A stretch of DNA of 32,000 nt from an uncultured archaeon (GCA_964354495.1 CAYHAA010000005.1:60001-92000); one strand, 5' to 3'; counted from the stretch's first letter, positions 1 through 8,683 are shown. Numbers and translations: made by a program. Notes: generated from the letters alone by a model not told the origin.

Positions 1-1
1 C

Positions 2-229
2 CTTGAAGAACTTGCAGAGATCATTGTCAGAACAGATGTCTTCGGTTGTCGCTCGTACGGTGCGTCTATCTATTCCGAGAGCATTTCCAAGACACTGGAG
101 GGGGATACGAACGTCGCGACACCTTATATCGCCAGGTCCATCAACGCTGAATCCGTGTCGAACAATAGCCTGCGCAACCTGGAGTCTCTGGGGTGAGTCT
201 CGGAAGAAGTCCACAATCTTTCGCCACAT
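2..229 (-). CDS. COG2150-type archaeal regulator of amino-acid metabolism (N-terminal part; the C-terminal ACT domain would lie outside the window)
   Basis: Not in the ORF track. Manual translation from ATG at 229 gives MWRKIVDFFRDSPQRLQVAQAIVRHGFSVDGPGDIRCRDVRIPLQCLGNALGIDRRTVRATTEDICSDNDLCKFFK, open to the window edge. It matches the family pattern (G.RV..DG.I.CG.IEIP...A..GVDRRTV). It starts 15 bp after the GNAT stop. Confidence 0.8.
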   Translation of the reverse strand, partial: MWRKIVDFFRDSPQRLQVAQAIVRHGFSVDGPGDIRCRDVRIPLQCLGNALGIDRRTVRATTEDICSDNDLCKFFK

Positions 230-244
230 AATGGTGCACTCCGC

Positions 245-781
245 CTATTGTGTCAATAGTTCCTTCTCCATAAGCACTTCGTCTATAAAGCCCTTAGGCA
301 TGTTGAAATGGTTCTTTCTGACGCCCACGATACGATAACCCAAGCGTTTGTAGAGGTCAATGGCGACCGTATTGCTCTCAAATGTGCTGAGGACAATCTT
401 CAGGTAGTCCTTTTCAAACGCGATATCTTCGGATACCGTCATCAGAGAGCGTCCAACACCGACAGACCTGCAAGACTTCCTCACAATAATCCCGAGCTTT
501 GCTACATGCTGTGACGCATTCCATTCTTCAGGTTGCAGAGTGAGGTGGCCCGCATATTCCTCCCCAAGGAAAGCCACAAGCAATACTTCCCGCGTGTGAT
601 TGGTCTTGTCAATCCAGTGCACCCAGTCAGTGATGTTTGCGTTGATAGAGAATGTTGGCAGCCATCTGCCTTCATCAACGACCTCCTTGAATCCATCATG
701 CAGGAAGGATGCATCACCACGTTGCGCGGTTCGAACGCTAATTAGGCGACCATCCTTTGCTGTAAACTCCCATGTCTTCAA
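245..781 (-). CDS. GNAT family N-acetyltransferase
   Basis: 178 aa with a TTG start preceded by GGTG. Motif A (IIVRKSCRSVGVGRSLM) and a C-terminal N..AIDLYKRLGY motif are present. Confidence 0.9.
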   Translation of the reverse strand: MKTWEFTAKDGRLISVRTAQRGDASFLHDGFKEVVDEGRWLPTFSINANITDWVHWIDKTNHTREVLLVAFLGEEYAGHLTLQPEEWNASQHVAKLGIIVRKSCRSVGVGRSLMTVSEDIAFEKDYLKIVLSTFESNTVAIDLYKRLGYRIVGVRKNHFNMPKGFIDEVLMEKELLTQ

Positions 782-854
782 GTACAGTACACCGGGCAGC
801 TCTACAGGATGTGCCTACAAAAAGGGTTGTGGTGTGGCAAAATCCCGGGTCAAC

Positions 855-1685
855 TCACCCTTCAGGAACGAGCATAGGGAGGTCCACTCGCACGCCAGGT
901 CGCGGGAGAGAGCAGGCATAGACACGGTCCAATCGAACGTATCCTGTCGAAGCATCAATCTCATGGAAGGTGCCTTTCAGTTGGAACGCAGCTGGTTCAA
1001 GAGTGACAAGTGAGATTGCAAGCCTTTGTCCGTCATGAAGTGAGAAACCTCTTCGTTTCTCTTCTCCACGTTTTACAACGATTGTGTTGGTTGACACTGG
1101 AAGCATTCCAAACTCTGGAAAGGCCACGGGATAACCATCATCACCAACAAAAGCGAGTACCTTGACTGCAGCCATCTGAGAGAAGGCCTTGAACACATTT
1201 CGAGGCATATTTCCCTCTTCTGATTTCTCGGCAGGCACCTTGCTCTTCGCCATCTTCGCCTTCATGTAGCATAAGAGGACTGAGAGCTTGGAGATGCCGA
1301 ACTTCTCACTCGATGAAATTGCCTCAGCTACACCTGCAGCTCGGGCATTCGTGTATTGATTATATCGGAACAGTGGAGTCTGTGCAATGAACTCGTAAAT
1401 CTCGTCATTCCGATGAAATGACTCGAACTCTGTTCTTATGAGCCAACTGTCCAATCGCCTCGTAAACACGAGAATTGACATCTGACGATTTCCTTTGCTG
1501 AGATTCTCGCGACTCTTCACTGTCATGAAATCGCCATAGACAAGCGTGTTTCCTTCGTAGATGGTCCAAGTCATCACCAAAGCCACATTGGGTTCATTGT
1601 CTGAGTCCTTTGTCACCATGAACTTTGGTGTCAGGAAAACCTGTATTGCATCAATGAGTTCTTTGTCAAGTACATCAGTCACCAC
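855..1685 (-). CDS. Protein with two tandem pyridoxamine 5'-phosphate oxidase-like (FMN-binding split barrel) domains
   Basis: Domain 1: KFMVTKDSDNEPNVALV...YGDFMTVKSRENL. Domain 2: KVLAFVGDDGYPVAFP...QLKGTF. The ORF is open to 1718, but the GTG at 1685 (or 1682) follows AGGAGG and overlaps the activase stop. Confidence 0.7.
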   Translation of the reverse strand: MVTDVLDKELIDAIQVFLTPKFMVTKDSDNEPNVALVMTWTIYEGNTLVYGDFMTVKSRENLSKGNRQMSILVFTRRLDSWLIRTEFESFHRNDEIYEFIAQTPLFRYNQYTNARAAGVAEAISSSEKFGISKLSVLLCYMKAKMAKSKVPAEKSEEGNMPRNVFKAFSQMAAVKVLAFVGDDGYPVAFPEFGMLPVSTNTIVVKRGEEKRRGFSLHDGQRLAISLVTLEPAAFQLKGTFHEIDASTGYVRLDRVYACSLPRPGVRVDLPMLVPEG

Positions 1686-2652
1686 AAGATCGTACCTCCT
1701 GTTCACTAGCTTTCGCATCTCTCGTCGATTGTTTGGTCATCCCCGACCATGCAACATTGGACACACCCTCATCACGGGCGATACTGGCGAGTCGTTCCAT
1801 GAATTCTTGAGTCATTAACTCTGCATCCTTAAGGGGATAGACCATATCGAAAAGTGTGTACTTCTCTGTACACATTTTGTTGAAGGCAAGAAGGTCATAT
1901 CGTTCTACATTAGGCATGTTCTCAACAATGAAGCGAGCAATGGAGCGGATATTCTCTTCATCATCGGTGTGTTCAGGAATCACAGGCGTTCGAATCCACA
2001 CAGGTTTTCCGCTCTTAGCTACAATGTATGCATTTCCGAGAACACGGTCAAGTGAGACTCCAGTGTACTCCTTGTGCTTCTCGTGGTCCATGATCTTGAG
2101 ATCGTACAGAATCATGTCTACATGTGGAAGAATGTTCCGCATGATCTTCTCGCTGCAATAGCCGCAGGTGTCTAGGGCTACATGAACGCCATTCTTCTGA
2201 AGTCCTGAAGCCACTTGAATTGCAAAATCAGGTTGATAGGTTGCCTCTCCTCCCGAGAGAGTCACACCGCCATTTGATGTATTGAAGAATACCTTGTCAC
2301 GTAGCAGCTCTTGAACCAGGTCCTCAGCTGCCCATAACTTCCCCATTACCTTCATAGCCCCCGTGGGACAGGCCTCCTCGCAAGTGCCACATAATTCGCA
2401 CAGGTCTCTATCAATCTTCATCCCGTCAGGTGTAAGCTCGAGTGCGGACTCGGGACATGCGCGAACGCATGCCTCATCACCAATACACTTCACCGCATAC
2501 CAGACAAGAATTGGATCGGGGGAAATGGCTTCAACGTTGTGACACCAGAGGCACTTCAAAGGGCACCCCTTGAAGAATACGGTCGTTCTAATCCCTGGAC
2601 CGTCCTCAGTGGAACACCGCTGGATATTGGTCACTAAGCCTGTTGTGCTCAT
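1675..2652 (-). CDS. Glycyl-radical enzyme activating enzyme (radical SAM, with ferredoxin-like insert)
   Basis: Contains DGPGIRTTVFFKGCPLKCLWCHN (CxxxCxxC) and GGVTLSGGE, plus the insert motifs CIGDEACVRACP and CELCGTCEEACP. TGATG overlap with the GRE stop. Confidence 0.95.
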   Translation of the reverse strand: MSTTGLVTNIQRCSTEDGPGIRTTVFFKGCPLKCLWCHNVEAISPDPILVWYAVKCIGDEACVRACPESALELTPDGMKIDRDLCELCGTCEEACPTGAMKVMGKLWAAEDLVQELLRDKVFFNTSNGGVTLSGGEATYQPDFAIQVASGLQKNGVHVALDTCGYCSEKIMRNILPHVDMILYDLKIMDHEKHKEYTGVSLDRVLGNAYIVAKSGKPVWIRTPVIPEHTDDEENIRSIARFIVENMPNVERYDLLAFNKMCTEKYTLFDMVYPLKDAELMTQEFMERLASIARDEGVSNVAWSGMTKQSTRDAKASEQEVRSCGD

Positions 2653-5051
2653 CAGAGTGTGTGCTCCGTGCGCTTGATGATCTCTTCTTGAAGCTCTCTT
2701 CCTATCTGTGTGAAGAAGGCATTGTACCCAGTCACTCGTATCATTAGGTTCGAATAGGCGTCAGGGTTCTTCTGAGCATCCCGAAGAGTCCGGCCATCAA
2801 TAACGTTGATCTGAAGAGCAGTCCCACCGACCTCATTGTATGCTCTAAGGAGCGCAGCCAACTTCTCTACATGTTCCGGTGTCTTGACCATAGAAGGGCT
2901 GAGAGTGATTGTATGACTTGCACCGTTGGGCACGGTTTCAAGGCCAAGTTTTCCGACAGATCGAATGGAAGCGGTAGGACCCTTTGTATCCATTCCTTGG
3001 ACAGCTCCAACCCCACCCGACATGAACTCACCACGTCTGCGGCCATCAGGAGTTGCTGCGGTAAGTGGAGCTAGCGGAACATAGTAGTTCCAAGAGAGGT
3101 AACCTGCACGGAACCTTCGGCCCGTGTACGGGTTGCTGTGTTTGAATGCCTCCTTTGCCCAAAACATTGAGAGGTCTCTGGCTATGCTGTCAGCATAATC
3201 GTCATCATTACCGAATTTCGGCGCCTTTGACCGTAGAAGCTGTCTGAGCTCTTCATATCCCTCATAGTTGGCTTTGATTGCCTCAAGGAGTTCTGCCATA
3301 CTGACTCGTTTCTCATCATACACGATCTTCTTGACTGCAGCAACGGAGTCGGCAAGGGTTGCGATTCCCATCCCCTCAAGCGTATTGAAGTTCCAGTCGG
3401 TACCACCTTCGTTCACATCCTTCCCACGCTCAGCACATCCATCCATGAGTGCGCTGAGGTAAGGCGTCGGTTGATACTTGGCACGAATGGTGTCAGCCAT
3501 ATTGCCGCATCGTGTCAGGAGTCGTATTAGCTCAACAATCTGCATTTTGACAGCATCAATGAATTGCTCGTATGTGAGGAAGGTGCGAGGGTCACCAGTC
3601 TTGAGCCCCATTTGGATCTCCGTCGCCATGTCCCTCCCATCATTCAAGGCAAGCTCAATTGCTTTGACGAGATTGAAGTTGACATCGACAGTGTCAGACC
3701 GATCATTGCCCTGCATCGTATTCTCGAGGCAGCCGACGATACCATAGTCCCACGCATCTTCACGGGGTACACCCTGCCAGACCATACCATTGATGCTGTG
3801 CTCATCAAAGTTCATCAGAAACGGCGATCCCTGAGCCCTAGCAACCATTTCAGCCACTCGAAGAAGAAAACTCTGAGGAGTGTTTCTGTGAAGCCGGACA
3901 TTGGGTTTTGGCTCAAAGAGATTCATTTCTTCAATGACTTCCAGAGCTAGCCAAGTCAGATCATTGGTCAGGTCCTCTCCATTGGGTCCGCAGCCGCTGA
4001 GAGTCATCAGCTGTCCGAAACTTGAGTTAATTCCCTGATTGATACCCAGACGCCCTTGGTAGTCGTACACGTAGTTATGTTTCAACCAATAGCACTGCAT
4101 TAGTTCCTTTGCTTCCTCTCGAGTCATGGCTCCAGATTCGAGGTCCTTCTTGTAGAACGAATACATGTATTGATCCCAGCGTCCATGAGAGAGACCGGCA
4201 CCAGGGTAAGACTCGGCCGCCATGACAAGCATGTGAGTAATCCAAAGAGACTGCAGAGCCTCCCAGAATGATGTGGGAGCTTCCCAGGGGACTCTCCCGC
4301 ATATCTCTCTAATCCGCTCCAGCTCCTCCCTTCTAGATGGGTCTGGCTCAGCGCGGGCCAGCTCACTAGCTTTCTTGGCATATCGACAACTGACATCTCT
4401 TGTTGTCTGAAGGCTCAGGATAAGCGATTCAATGAACTCCCGATGCTCTGGCGTCAAGTCACGTTTCAGAATCTCCTCATACTCCTCAGCAATTCCCCGG
4501 AGCCCAATCTTCATTACCTTCGCATAATTCGGGATCAGATGACCGGGTACAGCTGAAGCAGTCCCTACTCCCACCGTATTCAGCCGGCTTGCCTCCTCGA
4601 AGTACTTCTTCATCTCTTTGTTCCGGGCCTTGGTTTGCGATTTGCTCAGAAACCTCGATAATGCAGTGTTGAAATTGAAGCCCACTATCAATTCACCATC
4701 AAGAATCAGCGTAGGCATGTACCTTGTCATGACTTCATGGAAGAATATGGCACGACGTTTCGCGAGACCATATCTCCAATAGTCCTCAGGCAGTTCAATC
4801 TTCACGGCCATGGACTTGAGGGTCTGATTTACGGATGGAAAGAAGGGATAGAGTGCAGGTTCATTCGCCCAATCATGTATGGAATAGACTTCATCCCAGT
4901 CAGTGCCTGTCGTGAAGGAATATGGTTCGTTCGTCTCTTTCCTAGTATTGAATGAGTAGAAATGATTACGCAACTTCTGAATACGCTCAGGAAGATTCTC
5001 AGAAGGCGACCATATTTTGATGGCAGGAATTGTATTATCGTTGAGAGTCAT
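2652..5051 (-). CDS. Glycyl-radical enzyme (PFL2/PflD-like, substrate unknown)
   Basis: About 800 aa with a C-terminal glycyl motif RVTGYN (2721-2738), a Cys loop VGCLE (3723-3734) and GRWDQY. The ORF is open to 5081; the ATG at 5051 is preferred because GGTGG lies 10 nt upstream. Confidence 0.93.
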   Translation of the reverse strand: MTLNDNTIPAIKIWSPSENLPERIQKLRNHFYSFNTRKETNEPYSFTTGTDWDEVYSIHDWANEPALYPFFPSVNQTLKSMAVKIELPEDYWRYGLAKRRAIFFHEVMTRYMPTLILDGELIVGFNFNTALSRFLSKSQTKARNKEMKKYFEEASRLNTVGVGTASAVPGHLIPNYAKVMKIGLRGIAEEYEEILKRDLTPEHREFIESLILSLQTTRDVSCRYAKKASELARAEPDPSRREELERIREICGRVPWEAPTSFWEALQSLWITHMLVMAAESYPGAGLSHGRWDQYMYSFYKKDLESGAMTREEAKELMQCYWLKHNYVYDYQGRLGINQGINSSFGQLMTLSGCGPNGEDLTNDLTWLALEVIEEMNLFEPKPNVRLHRNTPQSFLLRVAEMVARAQGSPFLMNFDEHSINGMVWQGVPREDAWDYGIVGCLENTMQGNDRSDTVDVNFNLVKAIELALNDGRDMATEIQMGLKTGDPRTFLTYEQFIDAVKMQIVELIRLLTRCGNMADTIRAKYQPTPYLSALMDGCAERGKDVNEGGTDWNFNTLEGMGIATLADSVAAVKKIVYDEKRVSMAELLEAIKANYEGYEELRQLLRSKAPKFGNDDDYADSIARDLSMFWAKEAFKHSNPYTGRRFRAGYLSWNYYVPLAPLTAATPDGRRRGEFMSGGVGAVQGMDTKGPTASIRSVGKLGLETVPNGASHTITLSPSMVKTPEHVEKLAALLRAYNEVGGTALQINVIDGRTLRDAQKNPDAYSNLMIRVTGYNAFFTQIGRELQEEIIKRTEHTL

Positions 5052-5190
5052 ACAGTGCATTCCACCATTGAGATATGGCATAGATGTAAGCAGAGCGTCT
5101 TAAAACATTACATATTCTCACAGATTCACAGAACTCTCTACAACATTTTTATGCTCTTGATTGCACGGGAATTTGAGGGATAATTTCGAT

Positions 5191-5442
5191 ATGGGCAACA
5201 ATGAGAGTACTCAACAGGAACTCACAGATGTTCAGAGATTTGCTGTCGGAGTGGCAATGCTGATATGGTCATTGGCGTGTGCGATTCTTGTAGGCGTATC
5301 GATTTCGGTGAGTAATCCGATTGTCGTGAGCCTCGCCAGTGGAGCGGGTGTGCTTCTGGTCGTTCTACCGCTAGCGGGAGCCTATCTGCTGATGACAGGG
5401 ATAATCGGAATCTTCAATATAAAGTCTGACGAACCCCGCTAA
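5191..5442 (+). CDS. Small membrane protein with two predicted TM helices
   Basis: ATG at 5191 follows GAGGGA. Two hydrophobic stretches (FAVGVAMLIWSLACAILVGV and VVSLASGAGVLLVVLPLAGAYLLMTGIIGIF). Confidence 0.65.
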   Translation: MGNNESTQQELTDVQRFAVGVAMLIWSLACAILVGVSISVSNPIVVSLASGAGVLLVVLPLAGAYLLMTGIIGIFNIKSDEPR

Positions 5443-5556
5443 TGTCGACAGGCGTTGCTGTACAACCCTGTGACTTGCGCTAGGCTTAAAAGCCGTGCAA
5501 TTTCTCTGCCCCCATCTGCCCGATAAGTGATTATTGGATTTTAGGAAGGCACCGGA

Positions 5557-7752
5557 ATGAGAAGTACATGTAGGCTCTTCGCGCTCATATTTGTCGCATT
5601 CATGATAGTGGGTAGCACCCAAGTGCAGACATTGACACCAAAGGCGCAGGACAACGAACCGATGAGCGCTCAACTCGACATTCTCAGGACAGCGGGCTAT
5701 GACTCTCCAAATATTACAGCTACACTTTCAAGTCCTGCGATTGGTAGTTCAGTTTCAGGGACATTCGACATCTCATTAGACATGACCTCGGATTTTGCCA
5801 CACTGAACCTCACTCTGTTCATAGAGGGTGCAATCTATCCGGCATACGATCACACCAGCATTCCAGCAGGTCCTAGTTGGACTCAGGCAGTAACAGTTGA
5901 CACGACGACACTTACAGAGGGAATGCTGAATTTCACAGTGCTATTTGAGAACCTCTCAGAAAAGGAGTCAGTCTATCTGCTCTACTTCGTTGATAATGAT
6001 GGCTCGAACATAGAGGTTTCAGTGTACTCGCCGGCCAACGGGAGTAGAATCAGCGGAATCGTCAGTATTGATCTGAATATATCATCAGATTACAGTGAAC
6101 TGAATCTTACGGTCTTTGTTGATGGTCAGCCGTTGACATCCTACAATCCGTCTTTGATTGGCATAGGCAATGTGAGTGTTCTCGCAGACACAAGTAATCT
6201 CATAGAGGGTTATGATAATTTCACATTCTACTTCCAATATGATGTGCTGGCAAATCACTTTTCACACGCATTCTACCTCGTGTATATTGTGGACAATGAC
6301 GGAGTACCAATCACAATCCGCCACCAGAGCCCTGCTAACCAGACAATAGTCGCAGGAACCCTCAATCTTACCCTTGTAATCGGATCGGAGTACGACCCAC
6401 TTAATTTCACGCTATTCGTTAATGGCATCATTCCATACTCACAATTCAATAACAGCTATGTCGGTGTCAAAGCTCAGATTATCTCAATAAACACCCTTGC
6501 GCTAGCAGAGGGCCCTTTGAACTTCATATTGCTGTTTGAATACAACGTGACAGGCGAGAACGCACGTGTAACGTACCATCTTGTTTTCGACGTAAATAAC
6601 CATGCAATACCAGTCCTAGTCATTCTTGCACCTGCGACTGATACCACAGTCACTGGTCTGACTGCATTCTGGCTAAATATCACTTCGACGCATCCGCAAT
6701 TGTACCTCAATATTACTGTAGATGGTATTATCACTAAGGAATTCAATAGAACCTTGATTCTTCCTGGTGCGAACAATTACTCCATCGACACGTCAGGGTA
6801 TGAGAATGGTGCTCATGTGATTCGCATTACGGCCATTACTGGTGAAGGAGAATCCACTTACAAGACTCTGAATCTGTTCTTCTTGGACTATGTACGTGTC
6901 TGGATTTCGGGGCTTGCCAACTACGAGTCTATCTCAGGAGTTGCTGAATTCCGTATCAGGGTGATGAGTCCCTACAATAATGTCACAGTTTCACTCTATG
7001 TTGATGACGTACTGGCCAGTGATTTCGTCAACCTGACACTGATATCCGGCTATAACACGGTGAGTTTCAATACAACTCAGTTTGCTGACGGAACCTACAA
7101 TGTGACGCTCAGAGCCTACGATGGCTTCGGTCACACTTGGAATTTCACTATGGTTCTTGTAATCGATAATCATGGGCCTCCAACGCTGCAGTTCGCCACG
7201 ACAGCGGCAGTGACAATTGGATATGCAGCCTTTACAGTGAATGTGGATAGCACATGGAGCACCCTCAATGTGTCCGTCTTTGTTGATGACGTCGTCGTAC
7301 CGGGATATCAGAATCTTACGGTGGATGTCAGCTCTGGCACATACACTTTCTACATAGATATGGGCGCATACAGCAAGACAGAACACACTGTTAGAGTTGT
7401 GATGATTACACCGGAAGGCGAAGCAACGGAGATTACGCGACGCTTTGGTTTTGCTTCAATCCGTATTGAGGAACTTATCAGTTTTGCATTCCTGCTCGCT
7501 TTGGCTGCATTCATACCTCTCTATAGAAGAACAAAGGGGTACCCGCTCAAACCGGTATTGATAATGGATCTAGTGTTTGCATTAGTGACTGGTGGAGCCT
7601 TTCTAGTACTCGGTATCAATGCAATACCCTTCCTTGTTTGGCACGTGAATTTGGCGAGCATTTGGTCGATAGGAGGTACTTTCGCCTTCGCAAACTGGGC
7701 ACTGCCTCTCTTGATGGAAGAACCAGTTCAGAGTAGCTCTACAGAAGCCTAG
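5557..7752 (+). CDS. Membrane-anchored surface glycoprotein with six Ig-like (bacterial Ig/Big-type) repeats
   Basis: 731 aa with an N-terminal signal-like segment, six beta-rich repeats of about 95-100 aa, 25 N-x-S/T sequons counted by eye and about 3 C-terminal TM helices. Confidence 0.75.
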   Translation: MRSTCRLFALIFVAFMIVGSTQVQTLTPKAQDNEPMSAQLDILRTAGYDSPNITATLSSPAIGSSVSGTFDISLDMTSDFATLNLTLFIEGAIYPAYDHTSIPAGPSWTQAVTVDTTTLTEGMLNFTVLFENLSEKESVYLLYFVDNDGSNIEVSVYSPANGSRISGIVSIDLNISSDYSELNLTVFVDGQPLTSYNPSLIGIGNVSVLADTSNLIEGYDNFTFYFQYDVLANHFSHAFYLVYIVDNDGVPITIRHQSPANQTIVAGTLNLTLVIGSEYDPLNFTLFVNGIIPYSQFNNSYVGVKAQIISINTLALAEGPLNFILLFEYNVTGENARVTYHLVFDVNNHAIPVLVILAPATDTTVTGLTAFWLNITSTHPQLYLNITVDGIITKEFNRTLILPGANNYSIDTSGYENGAHVIRITAITGEGESTYKTLNLFFLDYVRVWISGLANYESISGVAEFRIRVMSPYNNVTVSLYVDDVLASDFVNLTLISGYNTVSFNTTQFADGTYNVTLRAYDGFGHTWNFTMVLVIDNHGPPTLQFATTAAVTIGYAAFTVNVDSTWSTLNVSVFVDDVVVPGYQNLTVDVSSGTYTFYIDMGAYSKTEHTVRVVMITPEGEATEITRRFGFASIRIEELISFAFLLALAAFIPLYRRTKGYPLKPVLIMDLVFALVTGGAFLVLGINAIPFLVWHVNLASIWSIGGTFAFANWALPLLMEEPVQSSSTEA
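5704..7462 (+). repeat. Six protein-level tandem repeats of about 100 aa within the surface protein (boundaries approximate)
   Basis: Repeat starts are SPAIGSSVSG, SPANGSRISG, SPANQTIVAG, APATDTTVTG, GLANYESISG and ATTAAVTIG. Each is followed by LN.T(L/V)(F/Y)V(D/N)(G/D)...DT....EG, and several end in VDN/IDN. Confidence 0.75.
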
Positions 7753-8602
7753 TCACAGGAATATCGGTGGATATTTCAGAGGACCATTTTGCTAAAGGAG
7801 AGTACACTCTTATCTGATCATTTGGTATCGAAGTGACCACCGATTTGACCTTCCAAGCAGAGGCGGTCTTTGCAGTCTTTGAGATTGCCGCACCCGAGTA
7901 CTCAATGCCTGTCTTTGTCACGTCAGCAACAAACCTTGCTGTCTTGTCATCTTGTTTCGCCACAACACCTACTCCAATCAGGCGGTCCTTGAGATAGTAC
8001 TCCAGGAGTTTTCCAGCGAGTCTGCCATCGACCACCTGCGCGGCAAGCTCTGCTAGCGACCCCGGGTAAGATAGGTGAGAGAAGTTCATTGAGTTCGGAA
8101 GTTTGTTTGAATCACGCAGAGTCAGCATCTTGATCTTGGTTGTTCTGTTCTCAGGCAGTCTATTCAGCGGAAGCGTGAGATTGGCAATGGATCCACGTGC
8201 GAAGTATTTCACTTTCATCCAATAATTGTATGCTGCCGGTGGAGTCGTCGCAATCACTCGCACGACCTTCCTATCCTTCATTGCAGACTCAGCTGCATTT
8301 GTCAGCTTGGTGCCAATTCCAGTCTTCTGGTTCCTGACATCGACGTCAAGATTCCTAATGATACCTATCCTTCCTGCTGATGGCGTTCTCTCTGTGCGGA
8401 AGACTATCTCGCCAACAACATATCCCCTGTCCTCAGCCACAAGCCAACCCCAGCGTTCAAATGCTGCGCCTCTATGTTCATCTTTGACCTGCTCGACAGT
8501 CGAGTAGCCGCCTTCTTTTGTCCTATAGAACCAACGAGTTCCTTGATAGACCTCAAGCAGGTCCGTGCAGTCTTTCATCATACCCTGACGTATCATGACC
8601 AT
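7739..8602 (-). CDS. GNAT family acetyltransferase with a C-terminal extension (possibly a degenerate second GNAT domain)
   Basis: The N-terminal half has WLVAEDRGYVVGEI, LDVDVRNQKTGIGTKL (motif A) and AYNYWMKVKY. The C-terminal half has no clear motif. Confidence 0.75.
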   Translation of the reverse strand: MVMIRQGMMKDCTDLLEVYQGTRWFYRTKEGGYSTVEQVKDEHRGAAFERWGWLVAEDRGYVVGEIVFRTERTPSAGRIGIIRNLDVDVRNQKTGIGTKLTNAAESAMKDRKVVRVIATTPPAAYNYWMKVKYFARGSIANLTLPLNRLPENRTTKIKMLTLRDSNKLPNSMNFSHLSYPGSLAELAAQVVDGRLAGKLLEYYLKDRLIGVGVVAKQDDKTARFVADVTKTGIEYSGAAISKTAKTASAWKVKSVVTSIPNDQIRVYSPLAKWSSEISTDIPVTRLL

Positions 8603-8683
8603 TGTATAGCGCCTCAGGTAGTTGAGGATTCATTCTATGTTACACTGAAAATAAAACAATGTAAGACACGCTCGAGTTCACGC

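Noticed and set aside
3-338. Plus-strand 111-aa ORF and the many other short overlapping ORFs in the track (e.g. 13144-13689, 24639-25382, 28189-28599, 30954-31304)
   Set aside because: They are antisense or frame shadows of well-supported genes and have no recognisable motifs.
1660-1690. Selenocysteine readthrough at the activase end (SCGD-TGA)
   Set aside because: Another stop follows two codons later (TGT ACT TGA), and the TGA overlaps the start of the next gene as in normal coupling.
2652-5081. Calling the GRE pyruvate formate-lyase (pflB) or a named GRE (cutC, hypD, hpdB, bssA)
   Set aside because: It lacks the Cys-Cys pair, the active-site loops do not match those classes as I recall them, and no small-subunit or microcompartment genes are adjacent.
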